Source: an uncultured Clostridia bacterium (GTDB taxonomy: Bacteria; Bacillota; Clostridia; Christensenellales; UBA1242). Taken from it: DNA of 40,267 nucleotides. The stretch lies in contig CANRMV010000001.1 of the NCBI GenBank assembly GCA_947631875.1, forward strand, positions 1-40,267, written 5' to 3'. Each line of letters begins with the position of its first letter. Position 1 is the stretch's first letter. Of this stretch, positions 8,301-16,943 are shown piece after piece. The translations under genes and the position numbers were made by a program. Under the pieces are notes generated by a model that saw nothing but the letters and a program-made list of their open reading frames with translations, searched no databases and was not told where the DNA came from.

Positions 8301-10044
8301 AAAATTTTTGGACAGCATAAAAGACGAAACTGTGGACTATGTTGAAGAAAAAGAAAATTGGCAAGTTTTAAAATATCCAGAGTTTCAAGCAAATGACGGG
8401 CAAGGCGTGGGCGCTTTGTTGGACGGCAAAAAAGAAACATTTTTCCATTCAAAATACAGCCCAAGCAAGGTTGCTTTGCCACACGAATTCATCATTGATT
8501 GCAGAAAAAACATATCGGCCAATTATTTTGACATTGTGCGCCGCGAAAATGGAAATGACCGAATAACCGAAATTGCTTTGTATGGCGCAGCCGACAACGG
8601 CAAGGAAGGCATTCCGGAAGAAAACGAGTTTTTCCGCTTGTTTGAAGGGCCGATTGAAAATCCAAATGTTGGAACTTACAGAATAACTTTTGACGAACAA
8701 GAAATCAGGTTTTTCAAACTGATTGTGAAGAAAAACCAAGACCAAACAGTTATCAGAGAGTTGACGGCAGGAAGAGCGGTTGAGTTGGGACAGACGGTGA
8801 AGCCAAAAAATTTTGAAAAGGACCAAAGTGGCTTTGAAGAAAACAAATCCAACGGAAAACTGTCCACACAAACACAAAACGCTTTTTATCAATTTGAATT
8901 TTTGGGTTCGGGATTTGACGTGTTTGCCGACACCGACCGAGACTATGGCACTGCTGAGGTCTTTTTGGATGACATCAAGATTGGAGAGATAAATCTTTCC
9001 GACAAACCTCTTTTCAACAAATGCGTGTTTAGAAAACGAGATTTGGATGTGAAAAATCATGTTGTTAAGATTGTCACAACCTTAAACAAAAAATTTAACA
9101 TTTCGTTTATAAATGTGAATTATGAAACGCCGGTTGATAAGGAGGATTATCCAGCCGAAGCCAACGATTTTGGAGATGAAAGCCCACTCACATTTTCAAC
9201 AAATTGGCGAACACTCATCAAAGATTACAAAAATCTTACGCGCATTGATTTTGTTAAAAGCATTCCAGAAGGATATGTTGACACATATCTCCGCATGAAC
9301 AAATACATTCATGTTTATCAAAAGCAAAATGATGAAAGCAAAATAGCATTTGTATATGCTGGAAAAATCCTTGCGCCAAGCGATGCATCATCACTCTTTG
9401 CTGGCTGCACCTCGTTGCAGGAAATAAACTTTGAAAATTTTGACACATCAAACATGCTCTTTGCCACATCCATGTTCAATGGCTGTGCAGCAATTCAGCA
9501 ACTTGATTTGTCTAGTTTCAACACACAAAAAGTGCTGTATTTAAGCACGTTGTTGGAAAACTGTGAAAATTTGCAAGAACTCAATCTTTCAGGTTTTGCT
9601 ATAAAGGATGCGGCACAAGTTGCCAATTTGTTGAGGGGTTGCCACAATCTTGCAATTTTGCACGTTCCAAATGTTTTGGAGAACGGAATACAACTTCCAT
9701 TCCATTTCCTAGACCCAGAACTTGGCAAACGCGCAACAGTGGCATCTGCTGAAAATGCTGGGCACACTTTGCTCATACACGAAGCGCACCCAAATTTGAA
9801 ACATTGTGACTATGTTCCTGCCACGCGCAACACAGACGGGATTGTGGAACACGACGAGTGCATCGATTGTGGCGCAGTGCTTTTGGATGGAGTTGAAGTT
9901 GAACAAGGCAAAATTGTTATCCATGCAACAGGATATTTGGACATAATAATTCCATGTGTAGCGGGCGCGGTGATTGCCGTTGGCGGTGTTGCAACTGTTA
10001 TGGCAATCCGCAAGAAAAAGAAGAAAAAACAATACAACAAATAA
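5371..10044 (+). CDS. secreted multidomain M60-like (enhancin-type) zinc metallopeptidase with discoidin-like domain, BspA-type leucine-rich repeats and C-terminal TM anchor
   Basis: N-terminal signal sequence. HELGH zinc motif at nt 6946-6960 in a WGTFHELGHIQ context. F5/8-type-C-like segment (about 8357-8600). BspA/DUF285-type LRRs (FAGCTSLQEINFENFDTSN..., about 9391-9670). C-terminal hydrophobic span followed by RKKKKKK. Confidence 0.85.
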   Translation: MRKKKNIFYLEQRSLSHKKGANRVVGFVLSLMLSSTLFGNAGLMIKESLPSFEPAVSADATFASVSSATDAVDLQKEGVVRPEDLDEGLSRKSFEDMEGRRVTLREPYMEVTSREVARQEVVGTLDDTFQFIDPTTGDFYDGPAKEIAKVDFVQDGKEGNEIGNKTNPRYPMRGLANSKDNSPKIFSDFEKYMLLRQAWYYRKKINTMLENHQLGDYLKKHPAAEGIYGAIDAGAKAVSKTIISDPIYNSPLTTGLYLAPGEVVTVTVSELKSGETVKLTTHQQDSLGYDGGFPDGFKAEEYFSAEQYKIYKTLNSTEKYFMYWDSELIKEAERAQTAHTKPDYTKFSFKLQGQWQWQNQKVPCMGSVFEFTHNGTYEIGSIYGGPLYLQPTNSVVKLEITGAVETPHFILGVTTKEEFDKHLKTAPGLIATLDVENGQLIGLADYMRNCDDIEKLAYFWHSVFAINSSLNGREYNYNITMAYDIHVPAGEAVALNSSFAAQPFGWFEACMNYKTLTTKGNWGTFHELGHIQAKTYGVNWGMCGSNCKNPCEGEVWNNTLIILMYSMLCNMDPRVIQVEHGEYVHPYTAINASMNLPDVQDYHDYNNTSNPHFPQLSLYSTLIHSFGPERFIDFFYTYKINPSYCNNARADFIYRIGLVDHVNILEWINHNYHGNVNAHTDFSAEQLEFLNTLPTFYPIAYEWANGIDGNETARKYDVDGKYNTIFDLSPKSFVSYKPFTIIEVTNPVHGTIEYKEEEQKAIYTPPTEITENDEFSIVVSTEGGRIVTLNVRMRLVYNGAHIEMFKLDSDTPVQDITNIIASQKDKDPFRTEESAIAGKASFNSKEKEYYHIQFSFKATKAGLHKFTICGDDAKICYFKKDNEYITNGQGGIKYSNPNSYVAYNATDNNFASAILQVGDIVDMDLHLVNWAGAGYAKVGVVFPDATAVVDIPAENIVNTRVSSQDLEQTQKFEGWQPKFLDSIKDETVDYVEEKENWQVLKYPEFQANDGQGVGALLDGKKETFFHSKYSPSKVALPHEFIIDCRKNISANYFDIVRRENGNDRITEIALYGAADNGKEGIPEENEFFRLFEGPIENPNVGTYRITFDEQEIRFFKLIVKKNQDQTVIRELTAGRAVELGQTVKPKNFEKDQSGFEENKSNGKLSTQTQNAFYQFEFLGSGFDVFADTDRDYGTAEVFLDDIKIGEINLSDKPLFNKCVFRKRDLDVKNHVVKIVTTLNKKFNISFINVNYETPVDKEDYPAEANDFGDESPLTFSTNWRTLIKDYKNLTRIDFVKSIPEGYVDTYLRMNKYIHVYQKQNDESKIAFVYAGKILAPSDASSLFAGCTSLQEINFENFDTSNMLFATSMFNGCAAIQQLDLSSFNTQKVLYLSTLLENCENLQELNLSGFAIKDAAQVANLLRGCHNLAILHVPNVLENGIQLPFHFLDPELGKRATVASAENAGHTLLIHEAHPNLKHCDYVPATRNTDGIVEHDECIDCGAVLLDGVEVEQGKIVIHATGYLDIIIPCVAGAVIAVGGVATVMAIRKKKKKKQYNK

Positions 10045-10077
10045 GCGTTTTAGGCAAAAAAGTTAAAAAACAAATTT

Positions 10078-10106
10078 GATGTCCAGATTTTTGGACATCT
10101 TTTTTG
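10078..10106 (+). terminator. rho-independent terminator
   Basis: 8-bp stem GATGTCCA (10078-10085) / TGGACATC (10092-10099) followed by a T6 run. Confidence 0.75.
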
Positions 10107-10132
10107 TTATCCTTTGGGTGTTAAAAGGAGAA

Positions 10133-12130
10133 ATGTTTATGGTTATTTACAATTTCAAATACAAAAACAAAGGTGAAGAGGACACCCAAAAGTTGCCTTC
10201 TCCGCTTGAAATTCAGGAAGCTTGCGCAAACAACGGAGGAATGGAAAGAGACGATTTGTCTTTTTACGTTTATTTTTTAAGCGAGAAATGTTTGCGTTTT
10301 GACCTTGCCTATGATGGCGAGCCGGGACAGGAGAAAATTGTGCAGGAGTGTGCGCAAAAGTTTTTAAATTCTCTTGACCTTGCCACCTACAAATTTTACG
10401 AAATGAAGGAAATAAACTTGGACATTTTTTATTCAGACCTTCAACTTGCAAGAAAACTGGAATATATCGAAAGTGAGCGTTCTGTGAAACGTCACTTGGG
10501 GCTTCCCGTAAATGACCCATATTTTAAAGAGATAGCAATTAAGTCGCATTCAAAAACCAAAGAGGAAATTTTGGAACAGGTGCACAACCTGCCCTCTGAG
10601 GACTATTTAAAAGATGAGATTGAAAGAATTTACGCTCCGGTTGTTACACCTAACAAATTTGGCGTTCCCGCACATTACATAGTTAATTGTTCAGACAAAC
10701 AAGGGGGTCAAGAAGTTTTGGATGTTTTGACAAAAAGCCTTGTCAGCAACAAAAGGTGTTTGCGAAACAAATATGCTGTCATAAATTTGGACGATGCAAT
10801 TTCGCCTTTTGATGCGCCAAATAAAGTTGAAAGTGATATGCAAGCAGCATATTGTTTAAATGAATATGGCCTTGTGGCGTTGATGTGTTCATATGAAATT
10901 AGGGAGGACGATAGATACAGCCAAGAATATGACATAATTAAGCGAGCGGCAAAATGCATCTCCTATTACAGCACAAACACAACAACGGTTTTGTGCTTAA
11001 TTTCAGCATCGGCAGGGGTGAAAAAAGTGTTTAAGCAATTTTTGCCGGATATGCTGTTTATCACCATATCTGATGACGAATTGTCTGGCGAAAAGGCACA
11101 AAAATATTTGGAAAAATTGGCCGAAAACAAGAAAGTGCAACTGCCAGCAAATTTTAATGACATAAATTACGAACAATCTTACAAGCCAAAAGAAATTAAA
11201 AAGATTTTTGATAATTGGTATGCAAAGTATATCAAAATTTGTGCATTTCCTCAATATTTGGAATATGTTGAAGAGAAAGAGGAAACAAGCGAGGACAACA
11301 AGCACGCGTTTGATGACCTTGAAAAGTTGGTTGGACTTAAAGAGATTAAAAAAGTTGTTAAGGACTATATAAATTATTCCAAACTTCAAAGGGCGTGTGA
11401 AAAACTTGGTAAACCTGCCGGCAATTATTGCAGGCACATGCTGTTCACGGGAAATCCTGGCACTGCAAAAACCACAGTGGCAAGAATAATCGCGCAAATC
11501 ATGAAAGAAAATGGCCTGCTTTCGCGAGGAAATTTGATTGAAGTTGGCAGGTCGGATTTGGTTTCCAAATTTGTTGGCGGAACAGCACCAAAAGTTAAAG
11601 ATGTTTTCCAAAGTGCAAAAGGCAATGTTCTTTTCATAGATGAGGCGTATTCTTTGTGCGAAGGGAAAGAGGGGTTGTATGGCGATGAGGCAATAAACAC
11701 CATTGTGCAAGAGATGGAAAACAATCGCGAGGACATGGTGGTGATTTTTGCGGGCTATAAAAAAGAGATGCAAGAATTTATCAACAGAAATTCCGGCTTG
11801 AAAAGCAGGGTGGCATATGAAGTGGATTTTCCGGATTATTCCATAGACGAACTTATGCAAATTGCACATTTGCAAGCGCAAAAAATGGGTGTTGACATTT
11901 CTTTGTGCGAGCCCGTTTTGAGGGACATTTTAAAGGCCGGGAAAGAAAGCCTAAATTTTGGAAACGGAAGGTTTGTTAGGAAAGTGCTGGAAAGGGCAAG
12001 AATGAAACAAGCCAGCCGTCTTGTTGAACAAAATCTTTTAAACGAGGAGCAAATTGGATTGCTTCAAAATGAAGATTTTGAAAGCCCAACACTTTCACAA
12101 AACAAAGCAAAAATGGGATTTCAAATTTGA
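10133..12130 (+). CDS. AAA+ ATPase of the SpoVK/CbbX/EccA type with a large N-terminal region
   Basis: Walker A GNPGTAKTT and Walker B VLFIDEAYSL in the C-terminal half. The N-terminal ~400 aa carry a degenerate P-loop-like stretch (NCSDKQGG). The start is set at the ATG after AAAGGAG, because the ORF-track start at 10076 lies inside the upstream terminator. Confidence 0.8.
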   Translation: MFMVIYNFKYKNKGEEDTQKLPSPLEIQEACANNGGMERDDLSFYVYFLSEKCLRFDLAYDGEPGQEKIVQECAQKFLNSLDLATYKFYEMKEINLDIFYSDLQLARKLEYIESERSVKRHLGLPVNDPYFKEIAIKSHSKTKEEILEQVHNLPSEDYLKDEIERIYAPVVTPNKFGVPAHYIVNCSDKQGGQEVLDVLTKSLVSNKRCLRNKYAVINLDDAISPFDAPNKVESDMQAAYCLNEYGLVALMCSYEIREDDRYSQEYDIIKRAAKCISYYSTNTTTVLCLISASAGVKKVFKQFLPDMLFITISDDELSGEKAQKYLEKLAENKKVQLPANFNDINYEQSYKPKEIKKIFDNWYAKYIKICAFPQYLEYVEEKEETSEDNKHAFDDLEKLVGLKEIKKVVKDYINYSKLQRACEKLGKPAGNYCRHMLFTGNPGTAKTTVARIIAQIMKENGLLSRGNLIEVGRSDLVSKFVGGTAPKVKDVFQSAKGNVLFIDEAYSLCEGKEGLYGDEAINTIVQEMENNREDMVVIFAGYKKEMQEFINRNSGLKSRVAYEVDFPDYSIDELMQIAHLQAQKMGVDISLCEPVLRDILKAGKESLNFGNGRFVRKVLERARMKQASRLVEQNLLNEEQIGLLQNEDFESPTLSQNKAKMGFQI

Positions 12131-12168
12131 ATAAAAACTCACAAAAATTTGGAGGGAAACAAACTTTG

Positions 12169-12177
12169 TGCTATAAT
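12169..12177 (+). promoter_or_regulatory. extended -10 promoter (TGcTATAAT) of the WYL regulator gene
   Basis: TG at 12169-12170 and TATAAT at 12172-12177, with TTGGAG 17 nt upstream. Confidence 0.4.
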
Positions 12178-12198
12178 GAAAATCGGAGAACAAAAACT

Positions 12199-13188
12199 GT
12201 GAACAAGAAACTTTCTGCTTTTTGCATTTTAAATGTTTTGAAAGAATATTCGGATGAAAATCATCCACTTTCTCAGGCGCAAATCATAGACAAAATTTAT
12301 TATTCTTATGGCTTAGACCTTGAAAGAAAATCTGTCAGTTCAAACCTTGACAGCCTTATAGATTTTGGCTTCGACATTGTGAAAAACAAAACGGGGTGCT
12401 ATTTGGCATCGCGTGAGTTTGAGCCAAGCGAAATTTCTTTTTTGATTGATGCCGTGTTTTCAAGCAGGGCGATTGACAGTTCTCATTCGCAAAAATTGGC
12501 AAAAAAATTGTCGGATTTTTTAAGCACATATCAGCAAAGAAAATTTAAATACATTTGCAAGGCGGACCAGATTGTTAGAACAAATCAAAAACAACTTTTT
12601 TACACGATTGACGTTTTGAATGAAGCCATTGAAAAAGGAAAGCAGGTTGAATTTAATTACAACAGGTTTTATTTTGACAAAGACACCGCAACCCAAAGAA
12701 GCCAAAAAACATATCTCATAAATCCATACTTTTTGATAAACAATCAAGGAAGATATTATCTTGTTTGCAACCTTAATCAATTTGACGAAATTGCCAACTA
12801 CAAGGTTGAACTCATATCAAACATCAAAATTTTGGAAACTGACAGAAAGCCAATCACGGCGCTCAAAAACTGTGAAAAGGGCGTGGACATGGCAAAGTAT
12901 GCCAATGAAAACATATATATGTTCCACAACAAAACAATAAATGCAACATTAAAAATTGAAAAGGAATATGCAGCGGAATATGTTTTTGAGTGGTTTGGCA
13001 AAAACGCAAGATTTTACACCAAAAACGGGGAAACCTATGCGGACATCACCGCAAACGAACAGGCACTTGTGTATTGGTGCTTGCAATATGGTGACAGTTT
13101 GGAGTTGATAAGTCCACAAAGCATTCGGGAAGAAATTTCAAAAGAAGTTGAAAATTTGGCAACGAAATATTGCGAAACAAAAAAGTAA
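12199..13188 (+). CDS. WYL-domain transcriptional regulator (N-terminal winged HTH)
   Basis: The N-terminus (LSAFCILNVLKEYSDENHPLSQAQIIDKI) is typical of the wHTH in WYL regulators. The WYL-like core is GRYYLVCN...NYKVELISNIKIL. The GTG start at 12199 follows GGAGAA, but the exact start is uncertain. Confidence 0.7.
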   Translation: MNKKLSAFCILNVLKEYSDENHPLSQAQIIDKIYYSYGLDLERKSVSSNLDSLIDFGFDIVKNKTGCYLASREFEPSEISFLIDAVFSSRAIDSSHSQKLAKKLSDFLSTYQQRKFKYICKADQIVRTNQKQLFYTIDVLNEAIEKGKQVEFNYNRFYFDKDTATQRSQKTYLINPYFLINNQGRYYLVCNLNQFDEIANYKVELISNIKILETDRKPITALKNCEKGVDMAKYANENIYMFHNKTINATLKIEKEYAAEYVFEWFGKNARFYTKNGETYADITANEQALVYWCLQYGDSLELISPQSIREEISKEVENLATKYCETKK

Positions 13189-13205
13189 GGTGCCCACAAA
13201 AACAC

Positions 13206-13241
13206 AAAAATCTGTGGCTTTTTCAGTGTCACAGATTTTTT
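13206..13241. terminator. bidirectional intrinsic terminator between convergent genes
   Basis: 11-bp stem AAAAATCTGTG (13206-13216) / CACAGATTTTT (13230-13240), with A/T runs on both sides. Confidence 0.7.
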
Positions 13242-13308
13242 AATATAAAAAAAATCCAACTGTTCGGTAGGGCGGTTTTCATAAGCCCTCCACAATTTTT
13301 CACAGTTT

Positions 13309-13902
13309 TCAATTTTGAGGCTTTTCGGCATTTTTTCTTTTCACAAAACAGTTGTAGCACATGCTTTCATAACTTTCGTCCGCACCAATAACCACCTCAT
13401 CACCCTCAGTTGCAATTCTTCCATTCACAATTCTGGCGTTGACGGTTGCTTTTCGACCACATCTGCACACGGATTTTATTTCGGCAAGGCTGTCCGCAAT
13501 TTCCACAAGTCGCTTGCTGCCTTCAAACAACTCTGTTTTAAAATTGGTCAAAAGCCCATAACACAAAACGGGAACTTGCCTGCTTGCCTCTTTGAGTTCG
13601 TTCACTTGGTCTCGCGTCAAAAATTGAGCCTCGTCAATGATTATCACGCTGTTTGGATGCAAAATATCATATTTTTTGCAAAGGTCCGCAAAACTGTCAG
13701 TGTCGGCAAATTCCAAGCACTCGCTTGTTAGGCCGATGCGGGTGCTGACCATAGGAACGCCGTTAACCACGCATCTTGTGTCCTTTTTAGGCTTAAACAG
13801 AAAAACCTTAAATCCTTTTGTTATGTAATTATATCTGCACATAAGCGCCTGAGCGGTTTTCGAACTTCCCATAGCACCATACTTAAAATATAATTTGTTC
13901 AT
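13309..13902 (-). CDS. tdk: thymidine kinase
   Basis: N-terminal P-loop GAMGSSKT and C-terminal zinc-ribbon cysteines (CRCG...CYNC). SD GGAGGAGGG. Confidence 0.9.
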   Translation of the reverse strand: MNKLYFKYGAMGSSKTAQALMCRYNYITKGFKVFLFKPKKDTRCVVNGVPMVSTRIGLTSECLEFADTDSFADLCKKYDILHPNSVIIIDEAQFLTRDQVNELKEASRQVPVLCYGLLTNFKTELFEGSKRLVEIADSLAEIKSVCRCGRKATVNARIVNGRIATEGDEVVIGADESYESMCYNCFVKRKNAEKPQN

Positions 13903-13924
13903 TTTTGCCCTCCTCCAAAATTGA

Positions 13925-15151
13925 TTATTTCACATACTTTTTCATAAGGGCGACTGCTTGCTTTTTGACAGCAGGAATTGCCTTTTCTTTTTCAACAACA
14001 ATTTTGTGTATCATGTGGGCAATTTCTTTCATGTCATCCTCTTTCATTCCAAGCGTTGTCACGGCAGCCGTGCCAAGACGAAGGCCGCTTGTGACGGTTG
14101 GGCTTAACTTTTCATTTGGAATGGAATTTTTGTTTGCAGTGATGTTTGCGGCGTGCAGAAGGTCGGCAATTTCTTTGCCCGTTGCACCAAATGGAGTGAG
14201 GTCAACCAAAATAAGGTGGTTGTCAGTTCCGCCAGAAACAAGCCTAAAACCAAGTTTTTTAAGTTCGCTGGCAAGGGCTTTGCAGTTTTTAATCACTTGT
14301 TTTTGATATTCTTTAAACTCGGGCGACATAGCCTCTTTTAACATAACCGCTTTGCCGGCAATCACATGTTCAAGTGGGCCACCCTGAGTTCCTGGAAAAA
14401 CGGCACTGTCAATCTTTTTTGCAAGTTCGGCTTTACACAAAATCATGCCACCTCTTGGGCCGCGCAGTGTTTTGTGTGTGGTGGTTGTGACAACATCGGC
14501 ATATTTGCAAGGATTTGGATGCAATCCCGCTGCAACCAATCCAGCAATATGTGCCATATCCACCATAAGATAAGCGCCAACACTGTCCGCAATTTCACGG
14601 AAGCGGGCAAAATCAATTTTTCTTGGATAAGCGCTTGCGCCAGCAACAATCAATTTTGGCTTATATTCTTTTGCAAGGCGCTCCACTTCATCGTAATCAA
14701 TTAGTTCAGTTTTTTCGTTAAGGCCATAGGCAACAGCATTGAAAACTTTTCCCGATGCATTCACTTTTGTGCCATGAGTGAGGTGTCCGCCCGCTGGCAA
14801 AGACATTCCAAGCAAAGTGTCGCCAGGCTTTAACAATGCCATGTAAACAGCAAAGTTTGCATTTGCACCAGAGTGTGGCTGAACGTTTGCATGCTCTGCA
14901 TGAAAAAGTTTTTTTGCGCGCTCAATGGCAAGGCTTTCAATGACGTCCACATTTTCACAGCCGCAGTAATAGCGTTTTGCAGGATAGCCCTCTGCATACT
15001 TGTTTGTCAGCACGCTGCCAACCGCCTCTCGAACAGCACCACTTACAATATTTTCGCTTGCGATAAGTTCAATCGTTTCCCTTTGACGCTTTTCTTCTTG
15101 CTTAATTGCGGCATAAACTTCCGCATCAACATTTTTTAAATTATTTGTCAT
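13925..15151 (-). CDS. glyA: serine hydroxymethyltransferase
   Basis: IELIASENI, the PLP-lysine motif [14 protein letters not shown], and overall SHMT collinearity. The start is taken at the ATG (MTNN...) after GAGGAGG. Confidence 0.92.
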   Translation of the reverse strand: MTNNLKNVDAEVYAAIKQEEKRQRETIELIASENIVSGAVREAVGSVLTNKYAEGYPAKRYYCGCENVDVIESLAIERAKKLFHAEHANVQPHSGANANFAVYMALLKPGDTLLGMSLPAGGHLTHGTKVNASGKVFNAVAYGLNEKTELIDYDEVERLAKEYKPKLIVAGASAYPRKIDFARFREIADSVGAYLMVDMAHIAGLVAAGLHPNPCKYADVVTTTTHKTLRGPRGGMILCKAELAKKIDSAVFPGTQGGPLEHVIAGKAVMLKEAMSPEFKEYQKQVIKNCKALASELKKLGFRLVSGGTDNHLILVDLTPFGATGKEIADLLHAANITANKNSIPNEKLSPTVTSGLRLGTAAVTTLGMKEDDMKEIAHMIHKIVVEKEKAIPAVKKQAVALMKKYVK

Positions 15152-15178
15152 TTTCCACCTCCTCAAATTACCAAAACC

Positions 15179-15187
15179 ATTTTAACA
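15179..15187 (-). promoter_or_regulatory. extended -10 promoter (TGtTAAAAT) of glyA-tdk
   Basis: The reverse complement reads TGTTAAAAT, about 15 nt upstream of the glyA SD. Confidence 0.4.
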
Positions 15188-15199
15188 TAAAAAGTTGAA

Positions 15200-15218
15200 A
15201 AACAAAAACTTTTTGTTT
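15200..15218. promoter_or_regulatory. 19-nt perfect palindrome between the divergent glyA and folD promoters (candidate operator)
   Basis: AAACAAAAA-C-TTTTTGTTT has 9-bp arms centred on C15209. It overlaps the -35 region of the folD promoter. Confidence 0.3.
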
Positions 15219-15245
15219 GTAAAAAAATATTTTTTATGATACAAT
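15217..15245 (+). promoter_or_regulatory. folD promoter; leaderless geometry
   Basis: TTGTAA (15217-15222), 17-nt spacer containing TG (15237-15238), TACAAT (15240-15245). The ATG at 15252 lies 6 nt downstream, with no SD. Confidence 0.5.
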
Positions 15246-15251
15246 TTGAAT

Positions 15252-16088
15252 ATGGAAATTTTAAACGGTAAAGAATTTGCACAAGAGATGAGAAACAATG
15301 TAAAAACTGCCGTTGGCAAACTGAAAAACAAGCCAACTCTTGCTTGTATTATTGTGGAAGGAGACAAAGCAAGCGAAATTTATGTGGCTTCAAAACAAAG
15401 GGCTTGTGCCGAGTGTGGCATAAACTCCAAAGTGATAAAATTGCCAAATGATATAAGCCAAATTCAACTTGAAAAAGAGATTGAAAAATTAAACAAAAGC
15501 AAAGAAATAACCGCCATTTTGCTGCAACTGCCGTTGCCAAAACAACTTAATGAAGAAAGGGCGATAAACAAAATAAGTCCAGAGAAAGATGCGGATTGCC
15601 TTACTTTTCACAACTTTGGAAAGATGTTTGCGGGGCATAGCGATTTTGCACCTTGCACCGCATATGGAATAATCAAACTTCTTGAAAAACACAATGTGGA
15701 AATTGAAGGTAAACACGCGGTTGTTGTGGGAAGGAGCAATTTGGTTGGGCGAAGTGTTGCGGCTCTTTTGGAGCATGAAAATGCCACAGTCACCATTTGC
15801 CACAGCCGAACGCAAAATTTAAAAAAGTTCACAAAAGATGCCGACATTTTGGTTGTTGCAATAGGCAAGCCAAAGTTTATAACAGCCGATTATGTTAAAA
15901 AAGGCGCTGTTGTTGTGGATGTTGGAATAAACAGGGTTGACGGCAAAATTTATGGCGATGTGGATTTTGAAAATGTTGCACCAAAATGCAGTAAAATCAC
16001 GCCTGTTCCGGGCGGGGTTGGGCCACTTACTGTCGCATCTTTAATGCAAAACACTTGCTTGCTGTTTGACGAGCAAAACAAAAAATAA
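15252..16088 (+). CDS. folD: bifunctional 5,10-methylene-THF dehydrogenase / 5,10-methenyl-THF cyclohydrolase
   Basis: N-terminus MEILNGKEFA, the ILLQLPLP motif, VVVGRSNLVGRS and GGVGPLT. Confidence 0.9.
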   Translation: MEILNGKEFAQEMRNNVKTAVGKLKNKPTLACIIVEGDKASEIYVASKQRACAECGINSKVIKLPNDISQIQLEKEIEKLNKSKEITAILLQLPLPKQLNEERAINKISPEKDADCLTFHNFGKMFAGHSDFAPCTAYGIIKLLEKHNVEIEGKHAVVVGRSNLVGRSVAALLEHENATVTICHSRTQNLKKFTKDADILVVAIGKPKFITADYVKKGAVVVDVGINRVDGKIYGDVDFENVAPKCSKITPVPGGVGPLTVASLMQNTCLLFDEQNKK

Positions 16089-16103
16089 GAGGAGGATTTT
16101 ATT

Positions 16104-16934
16104 ATGAGTTATGCGGATAAAGTGTTTGTTCAAAATGTGAAGGAAATTTTAAAAGACGGCGTGTGGGACACAGGCAAAGATGTTCGCCCAAAATGGCAAG
16201 ACGGAACGCCTGCGCACACAATAAAGAAGTTTTGTTTGGTGAACAGATATGATTTGTCAAAAGAATTTCCAATCATCACATTAAGAAAAACCGCATACAA
16301 AAGTGCGATTGATGAAATCCTTTGGATTTGGCAAAAAAAGAGCAACAAAATTGCCGATTTACATAGTCACATTTGGGACAGTTGGGCAGACGAAAATGGA
16401 ACAATAGGAAAAGCCTATGGCTATCAGTTGGGTGTCAAGCACAAATATAAAGAAGGGATGTTTGACCAAGTTGACAGAGTTTTGTATGACTTAAAGCACA
16501 ATCCAACATCAAGAAGAATTATGACAAACATATATAATCATGCCGACCTTTCCGAAATGGGGTTGTATCCATGTGCATATTCAATGACGTTTAACATAAC
16601 AGGCAACAAATTGAACGCCATCTTAAATCAACGCAGCCAGGACATGCTAACAGCAAATAATTGGAATGTTTGCCAATACGCAGTTTTGGTGCACATGTTT
16701 GCACAGGTGAGTGGCTTGGAGGTTGGAGAACTTGTGCATGTGATTGCAGATGCACACATTTATGACAGGCACATTCCAATCGTGGAAGAGATAATCAAAA
16801 TGAAACAGTATGATGCGCCACAGTTTGTAATCGACCCAAATGTAAAAGATTTTTATGATTTTAAAGTGGACAGTTTTAAGTTTATCAATTATGTTTGCAA
16901 CGAGAAAAAATACAAAATTGAGGTTGCAATTTAA
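16104..16934 (+). CDS. thyA: thymidylate synthase (ThyA type)
   Basis: Catalytic-cysteine region LYPCAYSMTFN and NQRSQD, with ThyA collinearity. SD GAGGAGG. Confidence 0.9.
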   Translation: MSYADKVFVQNVKEILKDGVWDTGKDVRPKWQDGTPAHTIKKFCLVNRYDLSKEFPIITLRKTAYKSAIDEILWIWQKKSNKIADLHSHIWDSWADENGTIGKAYGYQLGVKHKYKEGMFDQVDRVLYDLKHNPTSRRIMTNIYNHADLSEMGLYPCAYSMTFNITGNKLNAILNQRSQDMLTANNWNVCQYAVLVHMFAQVSGLEVGELVHVIADAHIYDRHIPIVEEIIKMKQYDAPQFVIDPNVKDFYDFKVDSFKFINYVCNEKKYKIEVAI

Positions 16935-16943
16935 GGAGAGAAC

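Noticed and set aside
8449-9060. 203-aa antisense ORF in the M60-like gene, and similar ORFs at 26364-26903, 27915-28373, 29898-30353 and 31512-31973 in the giant gene
   Set aside because: They are shadow ORFs inside long, well-supported coding frames, with no translation signals.
11003-11881. 292-aa ORF on the minus strand inside the AAA+ ATPase gene
   Set aside because: It is entirely antisense to a gene with clear Walker A/B motifs. It has low-complexity, Cys/Phe-rich composition typical of shadow ORFs and no SD.
13905-14306. 133-aa + strand ORF overlapping glyA
   Set aside because: It is antisense to an unmistakable SHMT coding frame.
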